A stretch of DNA of 64,000 nucleotides, from contig OY253688.1 of NCBI GenBank assembly GCA_958009085.1, positions 434,001 through 498,000 on the forward strand. The letters are read 5' to 3'. The stretch's first letter is position 1. Each line of letters starts with the position of its first letter. The notes under the pieces were generated by a model that made no database searches, was not told where the DNA came from, and saw nothing but the letters and a program-made list of their open reading frames with translations. Of the stretch, positions 49,901-61,865 are shown piece after piece. The translations under genes were made by a program, and so were the position numbers. The DNA is from Protoeuglena noctilucae. Lineage: Eukaryota.

Positions 49901-51518
49901 GAGGGTGGGGCGGAGGGCGGCGGCGAGGAGAAGGTGGTGAGGCGGGAGGGGCAAACGGGCAGCAGATGCGATGCGCGTGTTGGAGGGCCGCAGGGCTCCC
50001 GCAGGTGTAAGCGGTGATGCTGAGGTTACCTTGGTGACTGACATGGCTGAGCTGTTGCATGTAAACGTTCTTTCACCAACCTGGCTGCAGGACCTGGCGT
50101 ACGAGTCCCTCCCCGAGGCGCAGCGCCTGCACCGCCTGACGCGGGTGCACCGCAACTCGGCCCTGGCGCTGCGGTTCAAGCGCGCCGGGCTGCTGGAGGC
50201 GATGGGCAGGAAGGACGACGCCGTCGACGCCATGCGCAAGGCGGTCGACGAGGTGCGTGGGGCGGGGATGGATTGAGGGCGTGCGGTGATGAGCTGAGGG
50301 CGTGTGGTGAACCATGTGCGGCGATGAGCTGAGTGTGTTTGGTCGCCGAAGTGCGAGTGTTGTTGATGGGCCGAGGGCGTATGGTCGATGGCTTGCGGGG
50401 ATGGATTGAAACCTTGTGGTTGCCGATGTCCGTGTGCTGAACCGCACTTCATCCTCGCCCCACTCGCAGATGGCGTCCCTGCACCCCACCGCGACGGAGC
50501 GCATCAACAGCGCCCGCGCCGGCCTGGCCCAGATCCTGTTCCACCGGGGCTCGGAGGCCGACGTGGAGGAGGGGCTCAAGATTCACCGCGAGATTGTCGA
50601 GGAGGCGGAGAAGGCCGGGGCCGGTGAGGAGATGCATGCGCTGCTTGATTGCGTGCACTGCTTGAGCTGAGAAGGCCGGGGCCGGTGAGGCGATGCATGA
50701 TGCGTGTGCTGCTTGAGCTGAGGAGACCGGGGTTGATGATGTGATGCATGCGCTGCTTGAGCTGAGATGAGGCCGGGGAGGGTGTGAGGCGATGCGTGCT
50801 CGTATGCAATGTCAAACACACCGCCCCATCTCCAGTCTCGCCCCTGCCCTCCCCATCAAGCGCACCGTCTCACGCTCTGTCGTCTCCTGGACCCACGCAG
50901 AGGGGGAGACCGTGGTGGCCAACGCCCTCCTGCGCCTGGGCATCATGCAGATGCAGCACGGTCGCGTGGAGGATGCTTATCACTCGGTCAAGCGGGGCGT
51001 CACGATGTTCGAGGGCATGCTCACGGGGCAGAGCCGCGCGGGGCTCGAGCAGCCCTACCGCATCCTCATCGACATCTGCAAGGTGAGACCCTGTGAGGCA
51101 TGTGGTCCTGGTGGACATGAGTTTTGATAGACAATTGCTGGGTGAGCCATTATGGCAGATGAGATGCAGCAGCTATCGATGAATTGTCAATGCGTCGCCT
51201 ACGCCGCTTTGCCGATGTGGCCGTGGTGCATCATCCAGAGACAGGCCACGTCTGTGCATATGCGTCACCCGCCCCGCGCCCCCTGCCCCGCAGAAGCTCG
51301 GCGGCCGCGAGCAGGAGGAGCAGGAGTACAACCGCAAGATGCTCAAGCTGCGGATGCCCATCGGCGAGCGCCGGCAGCAGAGCCTCAAACGCCAGGAGAG
51401 CCTGGGCTTGAAACGCCAGGAGTCGGGGTCCGCCCGGGGCCTCTCCCGGCAGGCCTCCACGGCGGGGGGCATCTCGCGGCAGGGCTCCCTGGCCCGGCAG
51501 CCCACCACGAAGCAGTGA
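46963..51518 (+). CDS. Signal-anchored protein with Ala/Glu/Lys/Arg single-alpha-helix stalk, TPR-like region and RQxS-repeat tail
   Basis: Exon 46963-47008 spliced to 47474 gives MKPEMTTAVVGAILCAAAGLFVLLRGG...MKKRR. Then ~260 aa of EAAARAKAE/ADKRRAEEE repeats and TPR-like helices (EFSKAEKLLFQAVE, YRSLGEMLNVTGRFDASRLALEAAL, ANALLRLGIMQMQHGRVEDA). TGA at 51516-51518. Confidence 0.65.
47905..48680 (+). repeat. Coding tandem repeats (AAARAKAEQE / AADKRRAEEE)
   Basis: ~30-bp units GAGGC(G/T)GCTGC..GGCCAAGGCTGAG repeated about 25 times. Confidence 0.9.
50608..50790 (+). repeat. Intronic degenerate tandem repeat (~50-60-bp units) containing a copy of the exon end and 5' splice site
   Basis: GAGAAGGCCGGGGCCGGTGAGG at 50608 and 50669; TGCTTGAGCTGAG occurs three times. 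Confidence 0.8.
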
Positions 51519-51640
51519 CGGGTGGGGTGACGGGGGCAGGGAGCTCGGCGGGTGGTGCCGGGTGCTGGGAGCTTGGTGGGTGGTGACGGGGGCAGGGAGC
51601 TTGGTGGGTGGTGACGGGGACGGGGAGTTGGATGGAGTTC
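51515..51640 (+). repeat. 3'-UTR degenerate repeat GTGACGGGGGCAGGGAGCTTGGTGGGTG (~4 copies)
   Basis: Visible directly after the stop codon of the TPR gene. Confidence 0.75.
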
Positions 51641-52059
51641 GGGTGGAGTCTGACGCAGTGAAACGGCTGGTGGCAGGGGCGTATGCTGTGTCGGCAGCAA
51701 TGCCGACGAGTGGGACGTGTCCTAGCGCCAGTGCATTTTGAACGTTTATCGTACGTGTGGTACGTGCGGTACGCGCAGGAGTGGGGATAGCAGCGGAAGG
51801 GGAAGCGCTGGTGGTCCTGGGAAGATGACCGTGGGAAGAAGGTGCCAAAACGAAGCGCCAGTCGCATGAGCTGGGAAAAAGCCCGTGCTGGGAAAGAGGC
51901 GGCTGGAAGCTTCTACCGCCTAGAGCGCGGCTGCGAAGCGCAAAGACGAAATGCGTTGCTGATGCTGATGGAGTGCATGCGAGGAGTGCATCGTCCGCGG
52001 TGTGGTGCTGGTGGCGGAACATCCGGCGAAAAAGGGACGCAAACGAGCTCGGCGCAGCT

Positions 52060-54498
52060 CTATCGGCGACTGGCGTGGTGCCCCTTGGCAGCCCGGAGGG
52101 CGCCGAGCAGCCCAGCCGCGGCAACGGCCACCAGCGCCACCCACTGCGGGCCTCTTGCGCCCCACGCTTCCCGACGCGGCGTCTCCCGGGACGTCGGGCG
52201 GACGGGCGCCTCCGCGCGGGACACGCGAACGCTGGCGCTGTCGTCGCTGGCAACGCCGCCCTCCGCGATAGCCATAGAGCCCTCCCGGCTGTTGAGCACC
52301 GACGTTAACGCCGACTGCGTGCCCGGCTTGCCTTCCCCAACCGCGTGCACGTCCACAGCGTCGCTGTAGTCCAGCGACACGCGGTCGAGGCTGCTGCTCC
52401 GCAAGCGCGCGTGCCCCGCATCCTCCTCCTCCTCCCGCACGGTCTCCATCGCAGGCGGTTGTCTTCGACTCGCCGGCACCTCCTTGGAGAGCGGCTGCTC
52501 CTCGATCGTGACCCCGAAGCTGCGCAGCGCCTCTGGGAAGGACTTGAGCGTTGATCGCATCGCGTTGACGATCTTGTTGATCAGGAAGCCCTTCACGGGA
52601 CCTGCAGGGAGCACGCAGCGGGCCGTTCTCGTTCTATTCTCGTAGAGCCCGTGCGTCAGTCCCGCCAGCGCGTGAGCGTCACAGCCCTGTGCATCCAGAG
52701 CGGCCCCTGCTCTTCGCCCAGTCACCTGGCGCCCGCATCGTCCCCACTTCCACCACCTGCCCGGCGACCTGCACGAGCGCCGCGTCGTTGTCCGCCGCCT
52801 GCACCGAGTACCGCGTGATCAGCCGGGCGTTGGCGCACATGGGTGCACTGAGCCGGACACACGCCTGGTACTCGAGAGCACGGCCATCTGCGAGACAAGT
52901 TGAAAGGAAACGCTTCGTTGCAGCCCTCTCACCCGCTAAGATCGCTCACAAGCTTGCCAGCACTGAGCTGAGCGGCTCGAGTCGATTTGTGCGGTGCCAG
53001 GTGCAGGTGCCCGCGCTCTCACCCGCAGACCGCCACATGCACCGCGTGATGCACTGCACGCGCATCCCGAGCTGCCGGCCCTCGGCGTAGCGCTCGGCCA
53101 CCCAAGGCTGCGGGGCCGTCGCCTTGCCGGCACCCGCGCCCGCACTGCACCCCTTGCCCTCCCGGGCCCCCTGTCGCGACCCGACCCCGGCGTTTGTCAG
53201 CAGCCGCCGACGGAGGCGGGCCATGTCCAAGCCCTTGATGTTCGCCAGCACACTCAGGTTCAGCAGGGACACTCCCCGGTGCTTGAGCCCCAGCCCGACG
53301 TCGCCATCGGATGGCTCGCAGTCGCCGGGGGTGGACCGGGCCGCGGCGCGGGAGTTGCGGCGCAGGGATCGCCGTGCGGCCGCCGCGGTGCCGGATGCTT
53401 CGCGGCCCCAGGAGGCGACGAGGATGGCCGCCACGTGGGCCACCACCATGGCCAATGCCACGTGCAGCACGCGCACGGGGGCCAGCAGGCGGTCCACCGT
53501 GGCGCGGCGAGGCGCGGGTGCCTCGGCCACGTCGAGCGACGGCAGATCGGCGCACGAGGCCGCCGGCGTCGAGAAGCGGTCGAGCTTGCCAGCGCCAGAG
53601 CCAATGAATTGCAGGCACGGGTGCGAGTGCGACCCGCTCCGGGACGCCAGGGGATGCCGGTGGTGCTCCAGCGCGCGCCGGAGAACTTGTATGTCTTCCA
53701 TGGATCCCCGCCCGTCGAGCGACGCGCCCTCGCTGGTCCTCCGGGGCTCCACGGGCGCCTCGACCGGGGCCGTCACATCGGCCGGGCAGAAAACCTCCTC
53801 CCCGGCCGGCGTCAGCCACGGGAGCTGCGTCCAGGTGCTCTCCTGACCCCCATCGAGATGCCGCTGGAACGCGCTCGTCGCAGCCCACAGCTCCCGCTCC
53901 AGCCTCTGCACCCTGCATGCGTGGTACCGACGCGGGGAATTGAGGGGTATAATCGGAAGCCGAGCATGTACGTGAGCACATTATCGACGTTATTGAGGGA
54001 ATCGGCCGCGGGAAGGAGCCAAGTTGCCTCGAGGACGTCGGGCGGCCATGCGCACTGCGGGACTCAGACGCATGACGGCCCGGCCCAAGGGCGACTCGGC
54101 ATCGCCGCGCGGCTCCACAAGCATGCACATACGTCTATTTCCCTACAGCTCTGCTGTTGTCCGAGCACGTTGTGTGTGCTGCGGCCGGCCCTGCTGCTGG
54201 CCCAGTCAGCGCACACATTTTGGCCGTCGCCGACGCCGTCGCTCACCCGAGGCCCACGCGCATGCTCAGCATCTCCTCCGTCCTGTGAATGACCTTGATA
54301 CTTGAGGGCGTCGTCGAACTCCCCTTCCCTTGCGCTGCGGAGAACGCGCTCGTTTGGGTGACGTGACCTGCCCCATGGTGGCTGCAGCGCAGGCCTGTAG
54401 CGGCCTCTCAGCTCACCTGAGGCTTCCGCCTCGACAGGCCAGAAATCCAGCGGAAAGGGCCGCTGCTCCGCGGCTGGGGTGCCATCGTCCCACGGCAT
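52060..54498 (-). CDS. Hypothetical membrane protein, possible VASt/StART-like lipid-transfer domain with C-terminal transmembrane anchor
   Basis: Splice path from MPWDDGTP (54498) to VQRLERELWAA..., then YQACVRLSAPMCANARLITRYSV...VQVAGQVV...|PVKGFLINKIVNAMRSTL (VASt-like), ending WVALVAVAAAGLLGAL...TAG. Family assignment is by weak resemblance only. Confidence 0.45.
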
Positions 54499-54714
54499 TT
54501 TCTCGCCTAGAGCTTCTAGACCCAAGTCGTTCTGTATCGGACACGCCTAATTTGTGACTGTGATTTGGTCGCAGCCCCGCTCGGACGGAAAACCTAAAGC
54601 GCGGTCACGGCCGCGACCCTTCTCTGACAGTGCAGCACAAGAGTGGCTCTTTTTGCCTTCGTTGAACCATTACGGCAACCAATAACGAGTCCGACATCAC
54701 GCTGCGCTGCCGCG

Positions 54715-57700
54715 TCACTCCATGCCCTTGAGCGCGCGGAGCATCCGGAAACGGCTGAACCCGGCGTTGGGCGACGCCTCCTTCCCAAACTTGACGGCAG
54801 GAGACGCCTCCAGGCTGCAAGCAAAAGCAACGCGAGTTTCATGAATCCACACGCCAGGCGCCCCCGGAGCCCGCGCAGCGCATGCGCGACGCACCTGTCC
54901 GCGCCATTCGACTGCGCGTCCTGCGAGCCCTGGTCCCCCGACTTGCTGCCCGTGCCGTCCAACGCGCGCTTGGCCTGGCCCCACGTCCCGACCCCGAACA
55001 GCCCCTGCTGCGCGTCAGCCAGGGTGAAGATGCCGGCGCGCGACGCGGGCGACTGCGCGCCTGTGGCCCCAAATCCGACCCTCCTGCGCGCGGCGCCCTT
55101 GCTCTCCACCCGCGACATCGGCATCGGCGATACCGTGTCCACCTCCTCCACCTCCTGCTCCGCCTTGGCCTTCTGCAGCGCGCTCTTGAGCTCCTTGGTG
55201 TCGAGCACCCGCGGCCCCACTTGCGGCACGTGGGGCACGCGACGGCCCCACCCGGCCCCGCGCCGCTCGCCCTCCGCGGCCGCGCGCTCCGCCTCCGCGC
55301 GGGCGTCGAGCTCCCCACGGAGCCGCGCGAGGAAGCGCTTGGGGCGGCTCTTGGCCAAGAGGTCCATGTCGGTCTGCACAGCACGTTCCATGGGGTCGTC
55401 TGCTAAGGGATCCACCGCCGGCAGCGACGAGGAGTCGATCCTGCGCGCCTTGCGCATCGCCAGCTCCGCCACGGCGTTGTGGTAGTCCTGCAGGGGGGGC
55501 GGGGACGGGGCGTGAACAAGCGCAAGGGTGCAAACGCGACTTGCCCATGCAAGCAAGCAAGCAAATAGCAGATATCCAGTTCGCCATGCAACACACTCCC
55601 ATCCACAAGCAGCCCACGACATGCCACATGCGCCCTGCTACATGCGCCCTGCCACATACGCTCCACGACTGTGCCCTCACCCGGGCGCCAGCCATGGTAA
55701 ATTCCCGGGACATGAACCCTCCCGCGGTGGTCCTGGACATGCGCGACTTGTCGTGGCCCGTCCGGTAGCACTCCACCTCGTACGGCGACTCGCCCAGGTC
55801 GACCCAATTCACGTCCCCCGCCCGCTGGTGTCGCACGATGACCCCGAAGTACCCCACCTGCCGGAGGGTGTAGCTGCACCGGTAGAGGTTGCCCTCGACG
55901 CGATCGACCCTGGCGTGGACGACGGCCTTCCGGAAACGCACGCGCACGACCCCACGACGCTTGAAGATGTCGAGGCGTCCGCCCCGCACCTCGACAAAGA
56001 TACGGTCTTGCGGGTGCCAGGTGGGGTTGCCGAACCGGTCGGCCGTCTCCACGAAAAACACCTGCTCCGCGTCCCGCAGCACGCGCCCGGACGTGCCCTC
56101 TCCGTGCACCTTGCACGACGGGGCGTGCGTCACGTCCGCGTCCACGTGCACCACCCGCGGGCACCCGCTGAGCGTGAACTTGGCCAGCTTGACCACGAGC
56201 GAGTAGTCCCCCGCGACCGTGAGCCGGTACTTGCACGTGTAGACGCCCTTCCTGGGGCCCGACACCTCCCCATACACGTCGTCGGCCTCGTGACCCGCGG
56301 GGCGGAATTCGGCCACGAAAGACCCCGCGGGCGTCTGCTCGTCGGCACGGCGACTGGCGATCTCGAACTCGGCCGTCGCGCCCGCCACGGTACTCGAGAG
56401 GCCCATGCCCGACATGACGAAGTTGTTAGCAGCTGCCTCGTCCATCGTTCGCGCCCCAGTCCAGAACCCTGCCTTGAAGAGACCCGGGGGCACCACGCTG
56501 ATCGCGGCGGGCGAGCCCACGACGTGCTGGCCACCCAGGGTGACCTCGAGCGTGAGGTCGTAGTTGCCCGCCTCCTTTGCTAGCACGCGAATGAGGTATT
56601 GCCCGTTGTTGTTGTCCTGGATGTCAGCGAATGCGTCCGGGTGGCCCGTCAGGTGCACGCGGAACAGCGCCCCTCCCGTGTCGAGCTCCTGCCCGTCCGG
56701 GCCGCATGACTGCAGCACGATGCGGTACGTCTCGCCCGAGTTGACCTGGGGGCGATAGCGGAGAGAGAGATGGTGATGGCGGTGGTGGCGGTAATGAGCG
56801 ATGTAATGAGCGATGTAATGGACGAGAGCTATGCTGCCGTACACACAAACACAGAGAGAGAGCGAGCCTATGGCTATTTCTGATACCCCACGCCCAGCCC
56901 CTGACGCACCTGGGTCGGGAGAGCTAAGAGCGAAGACATGGCGGTGCTGACCCCGATGGGCGAGACTGCTTGGAAGAAGGGCGACCACAAAATGGGCGCT
57001 CCGTTGACGCTAATGTCCACGCGCACCACCACGCCCGCTGACTTGTGCAGGTGAGCCAAGGCCTCGTCCTTAGGCAGGGGCATGAGAGACAAGTCGGGCA
57101 GGTAGGACACTGCGGGGGGGAAGAGCATCTGGGGTTTGCAAGTCCGCGTGCACGGTTGGCTGCTAAACACGGCAAACGCATCGAACGTCACAAGGCTCGC
57201 ATGCAGGCTGGCATGCCATGATGACGAACAAGCGAACCCAGCAGAGGCATTGGACACCAGTAAATTCAAATCGACTCACCCGTGTACGTCCCGTCTCCGT
57301 TGTCCTTGACTTCCGTAGGGATGTTCCACGTCCCGGTCGTCACGGTGCACGCTACAGAGGCCGCGCCACGGCCGATGGGGTTCGACCACAGGTCACACAG
57401 GTGCACGCGGAACTGGCAGAGCTGCCCGTTGACCACGGGGTTCCTCCCGATGCCCTCCCCGTCCGCCTGGCACTTGCCAGGGGCCACGCTCCCGGCCACG
57501 ACAGCGATGCGGTAGGGAGAGCGAGCCACCGGCATCATGACGGGGTTCAGGGCGAAGCCACTGCAGCCCTCGATGTGCAGGTCGTACAGACCCTGGTCCT
57601 GCGGGGGCAGAGAGGCGGCAGTTAGGGTCAGTGCATGCGCCAGTACCTGTCAACACATGTGTCGGGCGCCGTCAGTGCACCCATCCCACGCAGACAATGG

Positions 57701-60700
57701 TGCAGGGGCTCTGGCTTTCGTTACAACCCAGCTCCCTGCACCTGCTCTCCTCAGCTATAGCCAGCGTCCCACATGCAACCCAGCCATGCCGGCCCCGTAG
57801 CCTCTCACGTGCGGGACGTATGACATCGTGTAGGTGCCGTCGCCATTGTCAACCACGTTGGCCATCACCACCGCCTCCTTTCGCTTGCGGCTGACTGTCT
57901 CGTCATCCCTCGCCACGCGAGCGAGCCATCCCTTGAACACGTCGTTGCCGCCCCCGATCGGTCGGCCTTTCGAGTCCTTAGCGGTAATGACGAGCGTCGC
58001 CTCCTCGCCCGCAGACACCGCCTGCCGCGACGCCGTGCCCTGGATGCCCGGGCCCTCCGCCTCGCACGCCATCGGATCTGCAGCAACGCGACGCAAGCAA
58101 ATGGGTTGCTCGAGAAGTTGCTCGAGCGTCGCTCGCATGCCGAGTGTGACTCCGCTCACTGCACGCGTGTTCTAGCTTCTATGGTGTCACCACACGCACC
58201 ATACGCATGCATGGCCCGCATCATCATATCACATAGTATCACTCACCGACTTCGCCCGCCATGACCATCACGTGGAACGGGCTCCCCTCCAGGTGCCCCT
58301 TGTCGCGCCCCTTGGTCTGCACGGCCACCAGGTAATGCCCCGTCTCTTTCAGATCCAGCTCCGCCGCATACGTCCCATCCCCATTGTCCACCACCTCCCC
58401 CAGCGCCCGCAGCTCCGGCTTGCCCCCGCCCGCGCCCGCGTTGCGGGGGTCAGTGGAGACGTGCTCGGCGAACACCGCGATGCCGTCGCCGCCGTGACGA
58501 ATGCGGTTGCCGAAGCGGTCGCAGGCGTAGACGGCGATGGTCGCGGGGACACGCGTGGCCCACCGCGCGTTCACGCACCGCCCGTGGATACGCGAGTGCT
58601 GGCGGCTCAGGGGCCCCGGGTGCACTTCGACAGTGAAGGGCGAGCCTGGGACCTCCCGGTTGGCGTAGCGCACGTGCATCTTGACGGTGGCCGCCTGTGG
58701 AGGTAACGAGATGCGATGTGTTATCACATAGGACATACCATGGACACCCAAGACTCTTCTTTCATCAGCTCTGTTCCACTTTGTTACACCTTACTGTCCC
58801 TCACGACCCCGCCTTACCTGCTGAACACAGGACTACCTCACAGTGCCCCATGGCATACCCCCCGCCCCTCACCTGCTCGACGTGGTATCGAATGCGCAGC
58901 CGCGGCCCCGCCCGCTCCACCACCACCCCGAAGCTGCCCCGCTCCACGCCGCCGATCTTGACGGACACTTTGCCCTCCGCGCCCAGCTCCGGCAACACGT
59001 TGTTACCCAGGGCGTCATGCAGGGACAGGTACAGGTCCGTGTCTCGCCCGGCTTCGGTCGATTCCAGGCCCAGACCCTCCACCACCGTGTTGCCTGGCAC
59101 GGCCGCCCCGGGCAGCACCGTCACAGGGCACGGGCAGCCCATCACGAGGCCGCCATCCTCGCCCTGAACAAGCAGGGAGAAGTCCCCGGCCTGCACGGTG
59201 GGCACCACGACGCGATAGACACCGGCGCCCAAGTCGCGGACGTCGCCCGCAGCCACCGCCTCGCCGGGGGCGCCCGGGCGGACGAGCGCGGCGGTGAAGA
59301 GGGCCCCGGCGCGGTCGCACGGGGCCCCCAGGGCGTCGCGCGCCTGCACGAAGAGCTCCAGGGGGGCACCCGCGGCGATTCTGGCGCAGAGGCCGTCCTC
59401 CGCGGGCGCCAGGGCATCGCCGTGAATCGAGGAGAAAGCGCTGGAGGTCGCGCGGAAATCAGCGACGCACGCGGCGTGCGCGAAGCGGCCCGGCGGCGCG
59501 AGGCCGGGGAAGCGCAGGGACGTCCACGTGGCGGTGCTAACATCGAGGACGTAGCAGTCGCGGGTCCACGGCGCCTGCTCCACGCCGACCCATCCGTCCA
59601 CGAGGACGAGTTTGCTGCCCACGGCCGCCAGCGACGAGCCCTCGCGGGGCGGCGGGGCCGGCCCGGTCGCCTGCAGCGGCTCCCATGCCATCCGGACACG
59701 CCCACCCACCCTAGCCTCGATCTCCACGACCGTCCCGCACCACAGGTCCCCCGCGAGGCGCCCGGACGCCAGCCGGCCCCCGAACACGAACAGCTGCGCG
59801 CCCACGGCGGGGTGGCCGCCCCAGGCGCTGGCACGCTCGGCGGGGGCAGCGGCGGCCGCCACCCTCAGTCCCTCCAGGTCGAGCTTGGCCCGCGGCAGGA
59901 CGAGCGTAGAGCAGTGGCCGGACCGCGCCTCGGGCGCCTGGCCCTCGTAGTCCACGAACACGACTTGAGGGCGGGCGGCGTCTGCGTCTCTCACGAGGTC
60001 GTCCGGAAGGCCAGCTGCCGCGGGGGCGAGAGAGCACGCGGACAGCAGAGCGCGCTGCTGGAGCCGCGTGACGTCGACGGCGACGGCATCGGAGAAGACC
60101 GCGCCGCCGTCGGAGCGGCCGCCGAAGACCAGCAGCAGCGCCCGCTCCCCAAACTGCAGGCGGACCGTGGGGGGTTGGAGTCAAAGCCAGCCAGTTGTTG
60201 CTAACAGTAACAAGTCAAACGCATCATGAAAAGACACGACCATGGGATGACTGCCACCCCGCGCCCCCCCACATCGCCCCCCCGCGCTCAACCTCACCAG
60301 CGCCGCCCCCGGCACGGCGTCGACGGTGTGGCCGGTGCGCGAGACCTCCCCCGCCTGCGGCGTAGCATCGGACCAGAACATCTCAACCGTATTAAGCGCC
60401 ACGATGTCTCCCAGGACCTCCCCGGACGGCCCCGTGCCTCCCAGCACATAGACGTGGTTTTGCAGGTACGCCGACGCGTGGCCCGATCGAGGGCTCGGCT
60501 CCTGGGCCTGGGGCATCCCCAGGTCCAGGGACTGCCAGGCGTTGGTCACGGCGTCATAGACGCAGAGCTGCGGGACAGGAGGGGCGCGGGGTGGGTGGCG
60601 GTGGGGGTATGGGGTGGCGGCGTGCGTAAAGCTCAGTAGATGCGGCTCGCCGAGTGTGCATTAAAAGTGAATTACATGTAGTCTAGTATTGCACGCACGC

Positions 60701-61693
60701 CCCCCTTGCACCCCCGCACCTGCCCCATCGGCTTCGGCACTCTGTCCTCCCCCTGTGCGGTCGTCGATGCCCCACCGAATGCGACGATGCGGAAAGCGTC
60801 CATGAAGGACTTGCGGTGCAGGCGAGTGGCCAGAGCCATGGCACGCGTGAAGAAGCACGATACGACGCCTGCAGGGGTGCATGACGAGCACAGCACGTGT
60901 TACAGCATGTTATGGAGGGGTGCTCCCTGTCACGCTCCCTCAGTCACACTCCCTCAGTCACGCTCCCCAAGTCATGCCGAGCCTCAGTCACGCTAAGCCT
61001 CGCCTGACATGAGCGGGGGCCCGGCCGGCGCGTCGTCCCGATCCCCCACGACCCCCTGCGCGACCGGGTAGAGCGCCAGCTCCTCGCAATCGAGGTCTCC
61101 CGAAGCGGTGACGTTCGATAAGTCGACTGTTCCTGACGCGACGTCGAACTCCGCGTCTTCTGTCTGCCCTGGCGCTCGCACGCCCTCGATGCGGCCCACC
61201 AGACGCACCGTCACGCTGCGGGCGGGAATGGCGAGAGGCAGAGCAAAGTGGAAACGCGGCAGTCGAAGCTGTCATATGCTGGGATCATGATAGTGTTACG
61301 TGAGTGCGGTAACTGATTGGTGCCATGCGCCACCTGCCCCCGCCCCCGCTCCCCCGTCGCCCCTCACCGGCAATCCAGCTCCGCCTCCGCCATCCCCGCG
61401 AGCGCCTCCACCAAACTCGCGGACTCCTCCTCCCCCAGCAGCTCCCACGCCACATCCACCGCCACCGCCCCCATCTCAGTAGGAGCAAACTCAGCAGACA
61501 CCCGTCGGGCCTGCTTGGGATGCTCGGCGATGTCCCTAAGCGCGTTGATCTCGACCACCAGGCACAGGCGGTCGCAGCCAGCCGGGAGGCGGGCCCCGGG
61601 GCTGAGGCGCAGGTTCGCCATCTGCGGGCAGGTAGGGAGGGTGGCTGTGAGGGTGGCCATGGGGGTGAGGGTGAGGGTGAGGGTGAGGGTGGC

Positions 61694-61749
<56 letters not shown>

Positions 61750-61766
61750 GGTGAGGGTGAGGGTGG

Positions 61767-61865
<99 letters not shown>

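Noticed and set aside
56790..60992. Short intronic repeats (12-bp at ~56791-56822, 14-bp at ~60930-60992)
   Set aside because: Two to three copies each; ordinary slippage products with no evidence of function.
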